A stretch of 64,000 bases of DNA from the human T2T-CHM13v2.0 reference genome, Homo sapiens. The stretch is taken from NCBI RefSeq assembly GCF_009914755.1, contig NC_060925.1; one strand, 5' to 3'. The stretch's first letter is position 1, and every line of letters starts with the position of its first letter. The translations under genes and the position numbers were made by a program. This document shows, piece after piece, positions 1 to 15,211 of the stretch. The notes beneath the pieces were generated by a model. It was not told the DNA's origin and did not search any database. It was given only the letters and a program-made list of their open reading frames with translations.

Positions 1-219
1 CAGTGCCGGCCTCCTGTCATCCTCCCTTTCTTGTCCGCCAGACCCTCTGGCGCCCTGCTTACGACTCAAACAGGAGACAGTGCTGATTCATTTCCAAGCG
101 GCCTTCCTACACCCACACCTGCTTCACATAGATGAGGTTTCCCGGACAGTCCCTGCCCAGAAGCCCAGGTGGATGTCTGAGACGGCAGCCAGATACCTGG
201 AAGCCATTTTAAAAGCCTA

Positions 220-348
<129 letters not shown>

Positions 349-2378
349 TCAATCAATGCAAGCCTAGAGATAAGGGCAGGAGAAAACCAGGGGACAGAAG
401 TGAGGGATTGGCCACTGCCAAGTTCTGCCCACCCACCCCCTTTCCCCAGGCCGTTCAGGGGAAAGAGAAATGGCCTCATTGTGGGGGCCACAGGTTTAGT
501 TTAAGTCCTGACATTGCCTCTGGCTTACTGTGTGACTGTCGACCTTGGTTGAGTGGTGCCACGAACCTGAGCTTAAACGTTTTCAGCAGAAGGACCCCCT
601 TTATTATGCCCCGCCCCACAAAATAAGTTCTGAGGTATTCTGTCTTAGCAAAATGCATTAAATAATTTATTTCCCCTGTTGTACTAATTGGATCCATAAG
701 TGTCTCCCGGCAGCATGACCAGCATGCGAGGACCCACGTTATCACATTGGGTTCAGGTCATCCTGGATTTGTCACTCACAATGGGCGTGTGCATATCCTT
801 TGCTGGGGGGTGCAGACTGAAATTTTGAAGCACTCGCTGTGCGTCAGGTGCTCTCCGTACATTACCCCATTTAATTCACACAACAATCCCAGGAGTTGGA
901 ATAAGATGACCCCACTTCACAGAGGAGAACACTGAGACTCAAAGTCTGCCAAATTCACACAATTAGTAAGGGGTGGGGAGGCATGACGAACACAGGTGGT
1001 CACAACGTTAAACCTTTCCTAGAAGCTCCAATTATTCCCCGATAACCCTGAGAGCCCTAACATTTCATTTCCATTCAGACCAGCCTCAGTCTCTCTGCCC
1101 ATCCTCTCTCCACCCCACACTCAGCCTATCTGTCTCATTTCTCAACCTCAGCAGGCGCCAGAAGCCCATCTTCTCCCCATCTCTGATTCTGGCATCTTTT
1201 CCTCTTGCCTTCAAATGCCCTGTGGACTGGATTCTTTTTAATTTTTGTTTACTTACTTATTTGAGACATAGACTCACTGTCGCCAAGGCTGGAGTACAGT
1301 GGCACCATCACAGCTCACTGCAGCCTCATGTGATCCTCCCACATTAACCTCCTCAGTAACTGGGGCTATAGGTGTGCGCCACTGTGCGCATCTTTTTGCA
1401 TCTTTTGTGGTGATGGAGTTTTGCCATCTTGCCCAGACGGGTCTTGAACTCTTGAGCTCAAGCAATCCTCCTGCCTCGGCCTCCCAAAGTGCTGGGATAC
1501 CAACGTGAGCCACCATGCCCAGCCTAGCCCGGATTAAATATAAATATAAAAGAGACTGGGCATGGTGGCTCACACCTGTAATCCCAGCATTTTGGGAGGC
1601 TGAGGCAGGCAGATCACCTGAAGCCAAGAGTTCAAGACCAGCCTGCCTAACATGGCAAAACCCCATCTCTACTAAAAATACAAAAATTAGTTGCGTGTGG
1701 TGGCGTGCACCTGTAATCCCACCTACTCAGGAGGCTGAAGCACGAGAATCGCTTGAACCCGGGAGGTGGAGGTTGCAGTGAGCTGAGTGACAGAGTGAGA
1801 CCCTGTCTCAAAAAAATAATAATACAATCAAATAAGCTTAAAAGAACCATTTCTCATTGTCCCACCTCCTCTTGGCTTCCCCTTTGCCACACATAACAAC
1901 ACCATCCACCCAATCACCCAAACCAGAAATGTGGCTGTCCTCCTGTCCTCTAGCCTCCTGCTTCCCCCGCTCTGCCCTCCAGATGTTGGCCAGTCAACCT
2001 ATTGTTTCCACCTTCTAAATACCACCCAGCTTTGTCCACACTGCCTTAGGTCCCTCAGCATCATCTTGCTCCTGGACTACTGCAAACACATCCCAACTCC
2101 CCTCCCACCTCCATCCTCGCCCCCCAACTCTAACCCCTTCTCAGCTCTCCCACCAGAATAACCTTTCTAAAATTCAAATCTGAGCATGTCAGCCCAGATT
2201 CAAATGCTTAGTGAACCCCCATAACTTTCAGAAGAGATGGCATGCCTTTGCTGGCACAGCAACTACACTGATGTGCATGCCGCGCCCTTCTGTGCTTCCA
2301 AGCACCTGCCTATGCCTCACATTCTCTTGAAAAGCCTTTCCTCAGGAGGTCCACCTGTCAATCCTAATCACCCTTTAA

Positions 2379-2726
<348 letters not shown>

Positions 2727-3558
2727 TAGTAGAGGTGGGGTTTCTCCATGTTGGTCAGGCTGGTCTCGAACTCCCGAACCTCAGGTGATCCGCCCACCTC
2801 GGCCTCCCAAAGTCCTGGGATTACAGGCGTGAGCCACCACACCCAGCCCCCATTATTTCTTATGTTTAATTGTGACTATATATGTGTCCCTCCCACTAGA
2901 CTGGGCTCCTAAGAAACAGGCACTGAGTATTGTCAATGCTCCATATCCCCAGTGCCTGACACAGAGGCACAAGTGCTGTCCGTCGTAACCACCATCCTCT
3001 CTCCTCCCTTCAACACCACTTTTCCAGATATGCTCTAAATCCTCCACCTCCACCCCCAGAACCTCCTGAAAACTGACTTGCTACCATTCTACGGAACCAG
3101 CTTTCTCCTACGTCACCAGAAACTCTTCTTGCCAATGCCAGTGTTTTGGGGAGGAAGCAATCTAACACCCTACTCTCAAAAGAGTTCTTCAGCAGGGAGG
3201 AGCCACCCACTTCTCTCTCCACCACTCTCTCCTTCTCCCAAAGGAAGAGGTGCGACTGAGGGATAGGCTCTGAGCAGGCTCAGCTCTGCCCCTTCTCACT
3301 GCAGCTTCCTCTTCCCAGTCAGTCTGCCCCCCGGAAAGACGTGCCCTGCATCCTGTGCTCCCCACCTGCACTGATGACCCCACCGCCGCAAGGGTCGGCA
3401 GCTGGGCAGTTGCTATCTAGAATGAGCTACAAGGAAGGTCCGTTCAAGAAGCAGCAGGAGAGGAATAGAAAGATCTTTCTGGCCTCAGCTCCAAATTACA
3501 TTCGCTGGTCCACAGCTAAGACTTGGAGCCCTGCTTGAGTACTTTTTCCCAGAACTCA

Positions 3559-3744
<186 letters not shown>

Positions 3745-4387
3745 CTAGAAAGCTGAAGCAGGAGAATTGCTTGAGGCCAAGTGTGAGACCAGCCTGGTCA
3801 ACAGAGTGAGCTAAACAAAATAATAATGATAATAATGTCAGTGTATCATAGTTCCTGAGTTCTCACGCCTGACACCTGGCTCGAGAACACAGGATATTTC
3901 CACCCTGGCCTGCCAGCTCCTCATGGTTTCCCACAGCTAGAGGCCGCTGCTGTCCTGGCAAGGGCATAGGCCTGGGTATAAGGCAGGCTTGAGTCTGAAG
4001 CCAGGCTCCACTATTTGCCAGCATAGAGGACCAAGAAGGAACAATGTCACTTGGTAAAACTGAAACTGGTGCTAACAGGGATCAACATAAATCAGGGTGA
4101 TTCACAGTCTTCCCAGAAACACCCAACTTGAGAGATGCATTCTGTGTTCTGATAAATCCAAGTTACTTTCTAAATCTTAGAAAGGGACTAAGGGCAGCTT
4201 CAGAAAAAGAAAAGTGACTCAGGAGAGTGGGTGGTGATTTGTAATATTATAGTGTGTTGCTCATGAGGAAGTGGTTTAAAGAAAGACATTTTTGGAGATC
4301 AATATGTAATACTAGGAAATGGTTATTGCAAAGGAATTAAGACTTTGGATTCTGGATTTGAATCTTGACTCCACCATATTCTAATTC

Positions 4388-4830
4388 TGTCAATCAAGAT
4401 CTTTCAGCTAAAAGAGACAGAAGTTTAATTCAAGCTCACCAAAGTAAAAATGTGGTGTATTGTGTTACATCGCATTAAGGTCACTGTGATAATTCACAGG
4501 ATCAATAAACCACAGCCATGGGGACCAGAATGAGGAACTCAACACCATCCATCCATCCATTCTTCTCTCATGCTGTTTGTGTCTTTTTGCATGTGGGCAT
4601 CACCCTTAGTATAGCATAGCAGAGCCTCTCCAAATAATGAGGAATGTGGCCACAGACTGCTCCAGCTTTGTAAACCCATTATCTATATATTAATCCAGAG
4701 AAGAGCGCTGATTGGCCCTGCTTGTCTCATATACTTAGCCATGGGCCAATTTCTGTTGCCAGGGAGACGGAGTGCTATGATTTGCCAGTGTGGTCAAGGG
4801 TCTCTTACTAAAAATAGGAAGCAAGTTACC
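4388..4830. mobile_element. Old MaLR/ERVL LTR remnant
   Basis: ctgattggccctgc...gccaatttctgttgccaggga...gctatgatttgcc is MLT1-like. Heavily diverged. Confidence 0.45.
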
Positions 4831-5729
4831 ACAGTTACTACACTCACCATGTAACCTTACAAACGTTACTTAACCTTTTCCTGAGCATCAGTTTCCTCTT
4901 CTGTAACATGGGAATACTATTGCCCACTTCACCTATCAAATGAGATAACACATTTGTATGTATGTAAAGTATAGGGAGGACTCAGTGAGTGTTATTACAT
5001 GTATCAATAGAAGAAGAAACTGTGGGCCGGGCGTGGTGGCTCACGCCTGTAATCCCAGCACTTTGGGAGGCCGAGGCGGGTGGATCACAAGGTCAGGAGT
5101 TTGAGACTAGTCTGGCCAACATGGTGAAACCCCAACTCTACTAAAAATACAAAAATTAGCCGGCATGGTAGCACACGCCTGTAATCCCAGCTACTCAGGA
5201 GGCTGAGGCAGAAGAATCACTTGAACCCAGGAGACGGAGGTTGCAGTGAGCAGAGATCATGCCACTGCACTCCAGCCTGGATGACAGAGCAAGACTCTGT
5301 CTCGGAAAAAAAAAAAAAAGAAAAGAAAAGAAAAAGAAACTAACATATACTTAGAGCCAGTGTCATGGCCAAGATGGGGCCATCTGATGTATCAGCAACA
5401 TAGAACCATGACCAAACCCCACATCCACTAAAATACAGGGATCATGATCTACTCCTGGTTTTCCTGTCAATATTTATTTATCCTTTGAGCCCACTTTTTG
5501 TCATCTGAAAGTATCAGGTGTTAGTTTAAGAAAAATAGTAAAGAAAACCTTAAAATTGAGAATAATCTGTTAATTTGCTACATTATTTCTCCTAGTTTGG
5601 AAATGCCCATATTTTTCTCATTATAATTGGTAAAACATCTAAGTCTAGCTTCAAAAGTAATGGACTTTGATGACAGCTTGCTTGATCCAGTTCAATGCTT
5701 CCCCCCATTTCAAAATAAGAAACTGGCTC

Positions 5730-7272
5730 TCCCCCTCCCCCTCCCCCTCCCTCTCCCTCTCCCCTTTCCACAGTCTCCCTCTGATGCCCAGCCGAAGCTG
5801 GACTGTACTGCCGCCATCTCTGCTCACTGCAACCTCCCTGCCTGATTCTCCTGCCTCAACCTGCCCAGTGCCTGCGATTGCAGGCGCGCGCCGCCACGCC
5901 TGACTGGTTTTCGTATTTTTTTGGTGGAGACGGGGTTTCGCTGTGTTGGCCGGGCTGGTCTCCAGCTCCTAACCAGAAGTGATCTGCCAGCCTCGGCCTC
6001 CCAAGGTGCTGGGATTGCAGATGGAGTCTCATTCACTCAGTGCTCAATGTTGCCCAGGCTGGAGTGCAGTGGCATGATCTCGGCTCGCTACAACCTCCAC
6101 CTCCCAGCCGCCTGCCTTGGCCTCCCAAAGTGCCGAGATTGCAGCCTCTGCCCGGCCGCCACCCTGTCTGGGAAGTGAGGAGCGTCTCTGCCTGGCTGCT
6201 CATCATCTGGGACGTGAGGAGCCCCTCTGCCTGGCTGCCCAGTCTGGGAAGTGAGGAGCGCCTCTTCCCGGCCGCCATCCCGTCTAGGAAGTGAGGAGCG
6301 TCTCTGCCCGGCCGCCCATCATCTGAGATGTGGGGAGCGCCACTGCCCCACCGCCCCGTTTGGGATGTGAGGAGCACCTCTGCCCGGCCGCGACCCCGTC
6401 TGGGAGGTGAGGAGTGTCTCTGCCCGGCCACCCTATCTGAGAAGTGAGGAGCCCCTCCGCCCAGCAGCCGCCCCGTCTGAGAAGTGAGGAGCCCCTCCAC
6501 CCGGCAGCCGCCCCGTCTGGGAAGTGAGGAGCGTCTCCGCCCGGCAGCCGTCCCGTCCAGGAGGTGAGGGGGCAGCCCCCGCCCGTCAAGCCGCCCCGTC
6601 TGGGAGGGAGGTGGGGGGTCAGCCCCCGGCCGGCCAGCCGTCCCGTCCGGGAGGTGGGGGGCGCCTCTGCCCGGCCGCCCCTTCTGGGAAGTGAGGAGTC
6701 CCTCTCCCCGGCCGCCACCCCGTCTGGGAGGTGTTCCCAACAGCTCATTGAGAACGGGCCATGATGACGATGACGGTTTTGTCGAATAGAAAAGGGGGAA
6801 ATGTGGGGAAAAGATAGAGAAATCAGATTGTTGCTGTGTCTGTGTAGAAAGAAGTAGACATAGGAGACTCCATTTTGTTCTGTACTAAGAAAAATTCTTC
6901 TGCCTTGGGATGCTGTTGATCTATGACCTTACACCCCAACCCGGTGCTCTCTGAAACATGTGCTGTGTCAGCTCAGGATTAAATGGATTAAGGGCGGCGC
7001 AAGATGTGCTTTGTTAAACAGATGCTTGAAGGCAGCATGCTCGTTAAGAGTCATCACCACTCCCTAATCTCAAGTACCGAGGGACACAAACACTGCGGAA
7101 GGCCGCAGGGTCCTCTGCCTAGGAAAACCAGAGACCTTTGTTCACTTGTTTATCTGCTGACCTTCCCTCCACTATTGTCCTATGACCCTGCCAAATCCCC
7201 CTCTGCGAGAAACACCCAAGAATGATCAATAAAAAATAAAAAAATAAATAAAAATTAAAAAAAACGAAAAAC
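5730..7272 (+). mobile_element. Full-length SVA retrotransposon (older, SVA_B-like)
   Basis: CCCTCT-type hexamer head, antisense Alu-like region, GC-rich VNTR, SINE-R, AATAAA and A-tail. TSD AAAATAAGAAACTGGCTC at 5712-5729 and 7273-7290. SINE-R variants (gatagagaaatcagattgttgc) resemble older subfamilies; the subfamily call is from recall. Confidence 0.95.
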
Positions 7273-7924
7273 AAAATAAGAAACTGGCTCCCTACAGGAT
7301 GATAGACACACACATCATCAACCAGGCTTACTCAAGCAATCCTTTAAGCTCATCCACCTTCAGGCTCTCCATTCACCAACTAGCCTCTGGTTTGCATTTG
7401 GATTCTCAAAGGGACTTTACTTCTGGGAAGAAATTGAGCTAATTCCTGGAATGTTTGTGTTTATGTTGTGGTCATAAAGATGCACAATAATTAGTCTCTC
7501 AGAACAAAAGCATCCCTCAGTGAAGTGATAAAGAATGACCTTCTGAACCTGCCCAGCTTCTGGCTAGATAAACACCTGTTCCTAAGAACGAAAGAAGAGG
7601 CCAGGAGCAGAGGTGCACACCTGTAATCTTAGCACTTTGGGAGGTCGAAGCAGGAGGATTGCTTGAAGCTAGGAATTCCAGACCAGCCTGGACAACATAG
7701 CGAGAGCCCATCTCTATGTATAAAAATGAAAATTAAAATTTTGTAAACTATATCTATATATAAAAATTAGCTGGGCATGGTGGCTCATGTCCATAGTCCC
7801 AGCTACTCAGGAGGCTGCATCAGGAGGATCACTTGAGCCCAAGAAATCAAGGCTGCAGTGAGCCATAATTGCACCAACGCTCCCCAGCCTAGGCAACAGA
7901 AAAAGACCCTGTCAAAAAAAAAAA

Positions 7925-8021
7925 GAAAAGACAGGAAAGAGGGTGGGAGGGAAGGAGGGAGAAAGAGAGAGAAAGAAGGAAAGAAGGAAAGGAAGGGAGG
8001 AAGGAAGGAAGGAAGGAAGGA

Positions 8022-8079
<58 letters not shown>
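7925..8079. repeat. (GGAA)n/(GAAA)n purine microsatellite grown from an Alu tail
   Basis: Directly visible tandem tetranucleotides. Confidence 0.95.
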
Positions 8080-8080
<1 letters not shown>

Positions 8081-9299
8081 GCAGGCGGGCAGGTGCGGTG
8101 GCTCATGCCTATAATCCAAACATTTTGGGAGGCTAATGCAGGCAGATTGCTTGAGCCCAGGAGTTCAATACCATCCTGGGCAACAAAGTGAAACCCTATC
8201 TCCATAAAAAACACCGTTTACCCAGGCATGGTAGTATGCACCTGTGGTTCCAGCTACTCAGGAGGCTGAGGTGGAGGATCGCTTGAGCCCAGGGAGCAGA
8301 GGTTGCAGTGAGCCAAGATCACACCACTGCACTCCAGCCTGGGTGACACAGGGAGACCCTATCTCAAAAAAAAAATAAAAAAGAAAAGAAGAAGGGAAAA
8401 AGAGAAGGCAAACAGGCAGGTAGGCAGGAAGAAACTAAAATTTGCTGAGTGCTTATACTGTGTAGGCATTACACTAAGTACTGTACATTTATTATCTAAT
8501 TTACTCCTCTCAACCATTCTATAATGTGGGCAATGTCTGTGATTAATAGACCAGGAAACAGAAGCTCAGGGGATTAAGTGTAGAGCTGGGATTTGAACTC
8601 GGATTGGCATGACTGCAGAGTACCGCTCCGCAATCACCCTGGCTCTGCCACTCCTTCACCCAGAGTTTCTTCTCCAGCCCCTTCCCCAGGTCCTCTTCCT
8701 CTCTCTACCCCAGCTGGTGGAGCTAACGTTGGTCCTCTAAGCTTTTCTCTCTTGCTTGCTTCCCTCTGTCTCCTTTCTCTTTCTTCCTCTTTCTCACAGC
8801 ATCACCACCCCTCAGTTTATTTATTTATTTTAATAGAGATGGTTCTTGCTATGTTGCGCAGGCTGGTCTTGAATTCCTGGGCTCAAGTGATCCTCCCACC
8901 CCAACTCCCCCCAGTCCTCCACCCACCCACAATAGCTAAGACTATAGGCACTCACCACCACGCCCGGCCACACCCCTCGGTTTACACAGCTCCTAAAAGG
9001 CGTTTGAATCTCCACTCCACCAGCTCCGCCCTTCCAACCCCAGGCTCTGCCTGTGAGCTCACTGCTCCCCCGTACCCCAGCTCCATCCCATCATCCAAGC
9101 CCCAACATGTATCATCTCTGTCTTGCTCTGTAGAAACCCAGATCCAGCCAAGCAGCCACTGAGCACACACCAAGTGCTGCTGGGTTTTCCTTGGAAGCTC
9201 GCCTGGCTGACCCGTTCTCTCTGTCCCCAGAGCTACTGCCTCACGCCAGCCAGCCTGTCCTGGGACAGCAACCTCCTGGCAACCTCCTGGCTAGCTTCT

Positions 9300-10040
9300 C
9301 CTTGGACTCCAGTCTCTCCCTTCTTCATCCATTGTGATTATAGCTCTTTGTTCTGTCACTCACTTGCTCAAAAACCTTTTGGGTCTCTCCACAGACCACC
9401 ACATCGTTTAAACTCTTCAACACCGCTCTCAAGGATAAAACTCTGTAATTCATTCTCTATTAATGTACTTGACAAATGGTTATTAAGAGCTGACATTGGA
9501 CTAGATAGAGCCTGCAGAGAGATTGGTGAATAAAACAGACATATTTCCTGCCCTGGCGGAGCATATAATCAACTGGGAGAAGAAAGGGGGAAAATATATA
9601 ATTACAAGTAGTAGTAAGTGCTATTAATACAAATAGGTGTGATGATGGAGAACCATGGGGGGCCCCACACACCCACCTGGGTACAGTCAGGAAAGGGGCT
9701 TGCTAAGGAGGAGGGCTTTCATCTGAGACTGAAGGATGAGAGTTACTCACTCAGGGAGCAGAGCCCATGAGCATTCCAGGCAGTGGCCCTGGGATGGTAA
9801 AGAGTTTGGGACATAAAGAAAGTAAAAGAAGGCCAGTGTGGCTGGAGCATGGATGGAAAGAGATAGAGAATGGCACAGGGTGGAATTGGAGAGATGAGCA
9901 GGGGTCAAATCATGCAGAGCCTTGTAGGCTGATGTAAGGAATTTAGTTTTTTTCCTAACTCCAACAACAGGCCAGTGGAATGTCATTCCATTCAAATGAT
10001 GGAATGACATTATCTGATTTAGGACTTAAAGATGACTCTA
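9300..10040. mobile_element. L2 fragment (further L2 pieces at ~1840-2420, 25230-26410, 27380-28020, 54950-55700)
   Basis: L2-type motifs such as gagactgaaggatgag and aaatcatgcagagccttgtaggc...taaggaattt. Confidence 0.55.
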
Positions 10041-11938
10041 GGGAACTCCCAACAAAGGATGGAAGATTAGATTCTTTCTTCAACCTTGGGACATCACTAA
10101 GAATAATCAAACAAAACAAATAGAGAAAGGGTAAAAAGCCATGGTTAATGAAACTGATAAAACCCCAAGCTACAAATCACAAAAGGCATCTGCCGAATGT
10201 ATCTCTGCAGGAAGCTAAGCAAGGACATTCAATGAGAGCAGAACATGCCACCCAAGCCCTTGGTGGAGCGCCCCGTAAAAGGAACCTACCTATTTGAGGT
10301 TGAGAAGAGGCTAAGGGAGAGGTCTCCCTGAGGAGACCGACTTTGACACCCCAAGACAGCAGGGAAGGGGGAGCTTAAGAAGAAACAATGCTGGCATGAC
10401 ATTCCTATTGCCTTGTCAGGGACACCACCAGAGATGAACTGGGATAAAGCAGGAGAGGAGACAGAGAGTGTCAGACCACATTCCACCAAGCATTGCTGTG
10501 ATTCAACCTGGGGAAGCTGATTGGAAAAAAAAGAAAGAAAAGTTTTGCTGTGAAGCAACCCTGTCTGCCAAAAACTGAAAATGAAGAAAAGATGTATTCC
10601 CCACCCTCTACCGCCAAGTACCATGAAAGCCCACTACACTTCACTCCACTCTACCACAGCACCCTTCAGCAGATAACTAGCCCCACTCCAAGTAAATAAT
10701 AATCAGAAAGGAATTAACTTGGGAACTTTGCTTTTAAATGCTCTTTTAAAAATGAGAGAAATGGGGCAGGTGCAGTGGCTCACGCCTGTAATCCCAGCAC
10801 TTTGGGAGGCCAAGGCAGGAGGATGGCTGGAGCCCAAGAGGTCGAGGATGCAGGGAGCCATGACTGTACCACCGCATTCCAGCCTGGGCCACAGAGCAAG
10901 ACCCTGTCTTAAAAAAAATAAGAGAGAGATAAATGGAGGAAAGAAACATAAGCAGCAAAAAATGAAGTATAATTATCAATATATCCAAATAAACTCAGGA
11001 AGAATTCTGACAAATACTTCTAAAGGAAAAAAAAACCTCATATAACATGACCTCTTCTTTAAAAAATAATTTTTAAAATAAACTCCTAGCCTTGAGCAAT
11101 CCTCCCTTCTCGGCCACCAAAAGTACTGCGATTACAGGCATGAGCCACCGCACCCAGCCTTAAAAATAATTTTTAAAATGAGATACAAAGTTTCAGAGAA
11201 AAGATTATATAGCAAAAGAAGGTGAAGAAGAGAAAATTAGCAGATTTTAGAAAATAAATAAAAGGGAAAAAGTAAAACATTTCAAAGTTGAAGGCCATAT
11301 TTTTTTTTTCTTTTTTCTATTTTCTGGCTTCTATAACTAAGAAGGTCACTTTTTTATTTTTTTGAGACAGAGTCTCGCTCTGTCACCCAGGCTGGAGTGC
11401 AGGGGCATGATCTCGGCTCAACGGCAACCTCCACCTGCCCAGTTCAAGCAATTCTCCTGCCTCAGCTTCCCGCGTAGCTGGGACTACAGGCATGCACCAC
11501 CACACCCACCTAATTTTTGTATTTTTAGTAGAGTCGGGGTTTCACCATGTTGGCCAGGCTGGTCTCGAACTCCTGACATCAGGTGATCTACCGGCGTCAG
11601 CCTCCCAAAGTGCTAGGATTACAGGCGTGAGCCACCGTGCCTGTCCAAGAAGGCCATATTTTAAAATAGAATAAATGCAATGGAAAAAAAAAAGACTATA
11701 ATGGATAAATTTCTGAAAATCATAAAAATGAAATGGAAGAACACAACAATGAAAATAGCATTATAGGAAGAATGAGAAATGTGGAAAACAGAAAAATCCA
11801 AATGATTTATAATTGATATTTTTGAAAAAGAGAACAAAGCATACGATAATGAATAAAATAATCTAAAATAAATACTTTCAAACATAAAATAAATAAAATA
11901 AAATAAATACTTGACTCCAGATCTAATGGACACACCCA

Positions 11939-11982
<44 letters not shown>

Positions 11983-12183
11983 AGATGGCCTCACTCTGTT
12001 GCGCAGGCTGGAGTGCAGTGGCACAATCATGGTTCACTGCAGCATTGACCTCCCTGGGCTCAGGTGATCCTCTCACCTCAGCCTCCAAGTAGCTGGGACT
12101 ACAGGTGTGCACTACCATGCCTGGCTAATTTTTATTTTATTTATTTATTTTTTTTAAGACCGAGTCTCACTCTGTTGCCCTAA

Positions 12184-12315
<132 letters not shown>

Positions 12316-13596
12316 TAGTAGAGATGGGGTTTCACCACGTTGGCCAGGCTGGTCTCAAACTCCTGACCTCAGGTAATCCGCCCGCCTCGGCCTCCCAAAG
12401 TGCTGGGATTACAGGATTAAGCCACCACGCCCAGCTAATATTTTTTTGTAGAGACAGGGTTTCCTCATGTTGCCCAGACTGGTCTCGAACTCCAGGCTCA
12501 AGTGCGCCACTGACCTTGGCCTCTCAAAGTGCTGGGATTACAGGTGTGAGCCACTGTTCCCAGCCAGGCACATCATGTTCTAAGAAAAGAAAATGATCCA
12601 GACTTATCAAAGCCAGGACATATTCTGATAAAGTTATTGCGTTAAGGAAAAATAGCTAGACTTCCATTTCTATCGATTATTTTTCTTTTCTTTCTTTTTT
12701 TCTTTTGTTTGTTTGGTTTTTTTTTTTATTTTCAACAGGGGCTTCTGCAATAGAATCTATCTGGTTAAAACATGACAGTGATACTTTTTTTATTTCACAG
12801 CTAAGTTCACATTAAAGTAAAGAAAACCCTTCTAGGCCCAAAGCGAAGGGGAAACTAAAAACCAATTAGGCGTGAGTTAATGCTACAGCTGTTCTTGGGA
12901 AGGGACGGTTTCTAATCTCAGAAAACAAGGGGCTTCAGTTTTCAAGGACCAATCGTGAAGAGATGGGTCCTTATAACTGCAAGTATCTGGGAATCCGAAA
13001 GCCACCTTACATGAAGCAAGGTGCCCCAAGTACCACTTTCTTGGTGAAAGAATGGGCTGAAAGAAAAAACCTCTCATGAGCAAAATGAGATTTCGAGGAA
13101 GCTTGTACGTCTTCGCCTGGGCTCTGGATGGAGAAAGTTTTCTTAGAGAAATTTTAACCTTGGGCCTGTCTTCATGCAGATTTGGGATTTTAGTTTACAT
13201 GGCTGGAATGGTTCAGAAAACCCCAAAGCCAAGAAGTCAACATAAAAAGTAATACTAAACTGGTTTTGGCCTTGGGGCACTTGGGAAAAGCAAAACAAAA
13301 TTACTTTGAAGACTTATACTCTTAAACCAGATTAACCAGGATTCCCCCAGCTAAAGCTGAGGTTGACATTTTTTAAATTAGATGAAATAGGCAGCTTTGC
13401 AGGAAAAAAAATTATATATATGTAAATTTTATATATATGTAAATTATTTATATGTAAAGCTGACCAACATTGACTAAGAAGGAGAAAATCTGAAGACCTA
13501 TAATCATTAAAGAAATTGATTAGCAGTATAAATCTACCTAACAAAGATAAAATTGATGGTTTTCATAGACAAGTTTACCAAATAAGAAAAAAAATC

Positions 13597-15211
13597 CTTT
13601 TCCACGGTCTCCCTCTGATGCCAAGCCGAAGCTGGACTGTACTGCTGCCATCTCGGCTCACTGCAACCTCCCTGCCTGATTCTCCTGCCTCAGCCTGCCG
13701 AGTGCCTGCGATTGCAGGCGCGCGCCGCCACGCCTGACTGGTTTTTGTATTTTTTTGGTGGAGACGGGGTTTCGCTGTGTTGGCCGGGCTGGTCTCCAGC
13801 TCCTAACCGCGAGTGATCCGCCAGCCTCGGCCTCCCGAGGCGCCGGGATTGCAGACGGAGTCTCGTTCACTCAGTGCTCAATGGTGCCCAGGCTGGAATG
13901 CAGTGGCGTGATCTCGGCTCGCTACAACCACCTCCCAGCCGCCTGCCTTGGCCTCCCAAAGAGCCGAGATTGCAGCCTCTGCCCGGCCGCCACCCCGTCT
14001 GGGAAGTGAGGAGCGTCTCTGCCTGGCTGCCCATCGTCTGGGATGTGAGGAGCCCCTCTGCCTGGCTGCCCAGTCTGGAAAGTGAGGAGCGTCTCTGCCC
14101 GGCCGCCATCCCATCTAGGAAATGAGGAGCGTCTCTGCCCGGCCGCCCATCGTCTGAGATGTGGGAAGCGCCTCTGCCCCGCCGCCCCGTCTGGGATGTG
14201 ATAAGCGCCTCTGCCCGGCCGCGACCCCGTCTGAGAAGTGAGGAGACCCTCTGCCTGGCAACCGCCCCGTCTGAGAAGTGAGGAGTCCCTCCGCCCGGCA
14301 GCCACCCCGTCTGAGAAGTGAGGAGCCCCTCCCTCCGTCAGCCACCCCGTCTGGGAAGTGAGGAGCGTCTCCACCCGGCAGCCACCCCCGTCCGGGAGGG
14401 AGGTGGGGGGGTCAGCCCTCCGCCCGGCCAGCCGCCCCGTCCGGGAGGTGCGGGGCGCCTCTGCCCAACCGCCCCTACTGGGAAGTGAGGAGCCCCTCTG
14501 CCCGGCCAGCTGCCCCGTCCGGGAGGGAGGTGGGGGGGGTCAGCCCCCCGCCCGGCCAGCCGCCCCGTCCGGGAGGTGAGGGGTGCCTCTGCCCGGCCGC
14601 CTCTACTGGGAAGTGAGGAGCCCCTCTGCCCGGCCACCACCCTGTCTGGGAGGTCTACCCAACAGCTCATTGAGAACCGGCCATGATGACAATGGCGGTT
14701 TTGTGGAATAGAAAGGGCGGAAAGGTGGGGAAAAGATTGAGAAATCGGATGGTTGCCGTGTCTGTGTAGAAAGTAGACATGGGAGACTTTTCATTTTGTT
14801 CTGTACTAAGAAAAATTCTTCTGCCTTGGGATCCTGTTGATCTGTGACCTTACCCCCAACCCTGTGCTCTCTGAAACATGTGCTGTGTCCACTCAGGGTT
14901 AAATGGATTAAGGGCGGTGCAAGATGTGCTTTGTTAAACAGATGCTTGAAGGCAGCATGCTCATTAAGAGTCAACACCACTCCCTAATCTTAAGTACCCA
15001 GGGACACAAACACTGCAGAAGGCCGCAGGGTCCTCTGCCTAGGAAAACCAGAGACCTTTGTTCACTTGTTTATCTGCTGACCTTACCTCCACTATTGTCC
15101 TATGGCCCTGCCAAATCCCCCTCTGCGAGAAACACCCAAGAATGATCAATTAAAAAATAAATAAATAAATAAATTTAAAAAAAAAAAAAACAAAAGTCAG
15201 CCAAAAAAAAA
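13597..15211 (+). mobile_element. SVA retrotransposon lacking the hexamer head (SVA_C/D-like)
   Basis: Starts at the Alu-like region, then VNTR, SINE-R (gattgagaaatcggatggttgcc variant) and A-tail. TSD AAGAAAAAAAATC at 13584-13596 and ~15212-15225. It interrupts an old L1 ORF2 fragment. Confidence 0.95.

Noticed and set aside
711-730. p53/p63-like double CATG site
   Set aside because: The CATG cores are 9 nt apart instead of 10, and the flanks fit RRRCWWGYYY poorly.
5627-7313. Long ORFs (up to 235 aa) in the first SVA, and similar ones at 13516-15145
   Set aside because: They are translations of GC-rich SVA VNTR, Alu-like and SINE-R sequence, shared between the two copies; there is no gene structure.
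7858-8214. K/E/R-rich and F/L/S-rich ORFs
   Set aside because: Translations of the (GGAA)n(GAAA)n microsatellite.
12678-12800. T-tract followed by a segment ending in GAAGCCCCT on -, reminiscent of a U7 snRNA retrocopy
   Set aside because: No Sm site or other U7 sequence matches and no TSD was found. It could still be an unidentified short retroinsertion.
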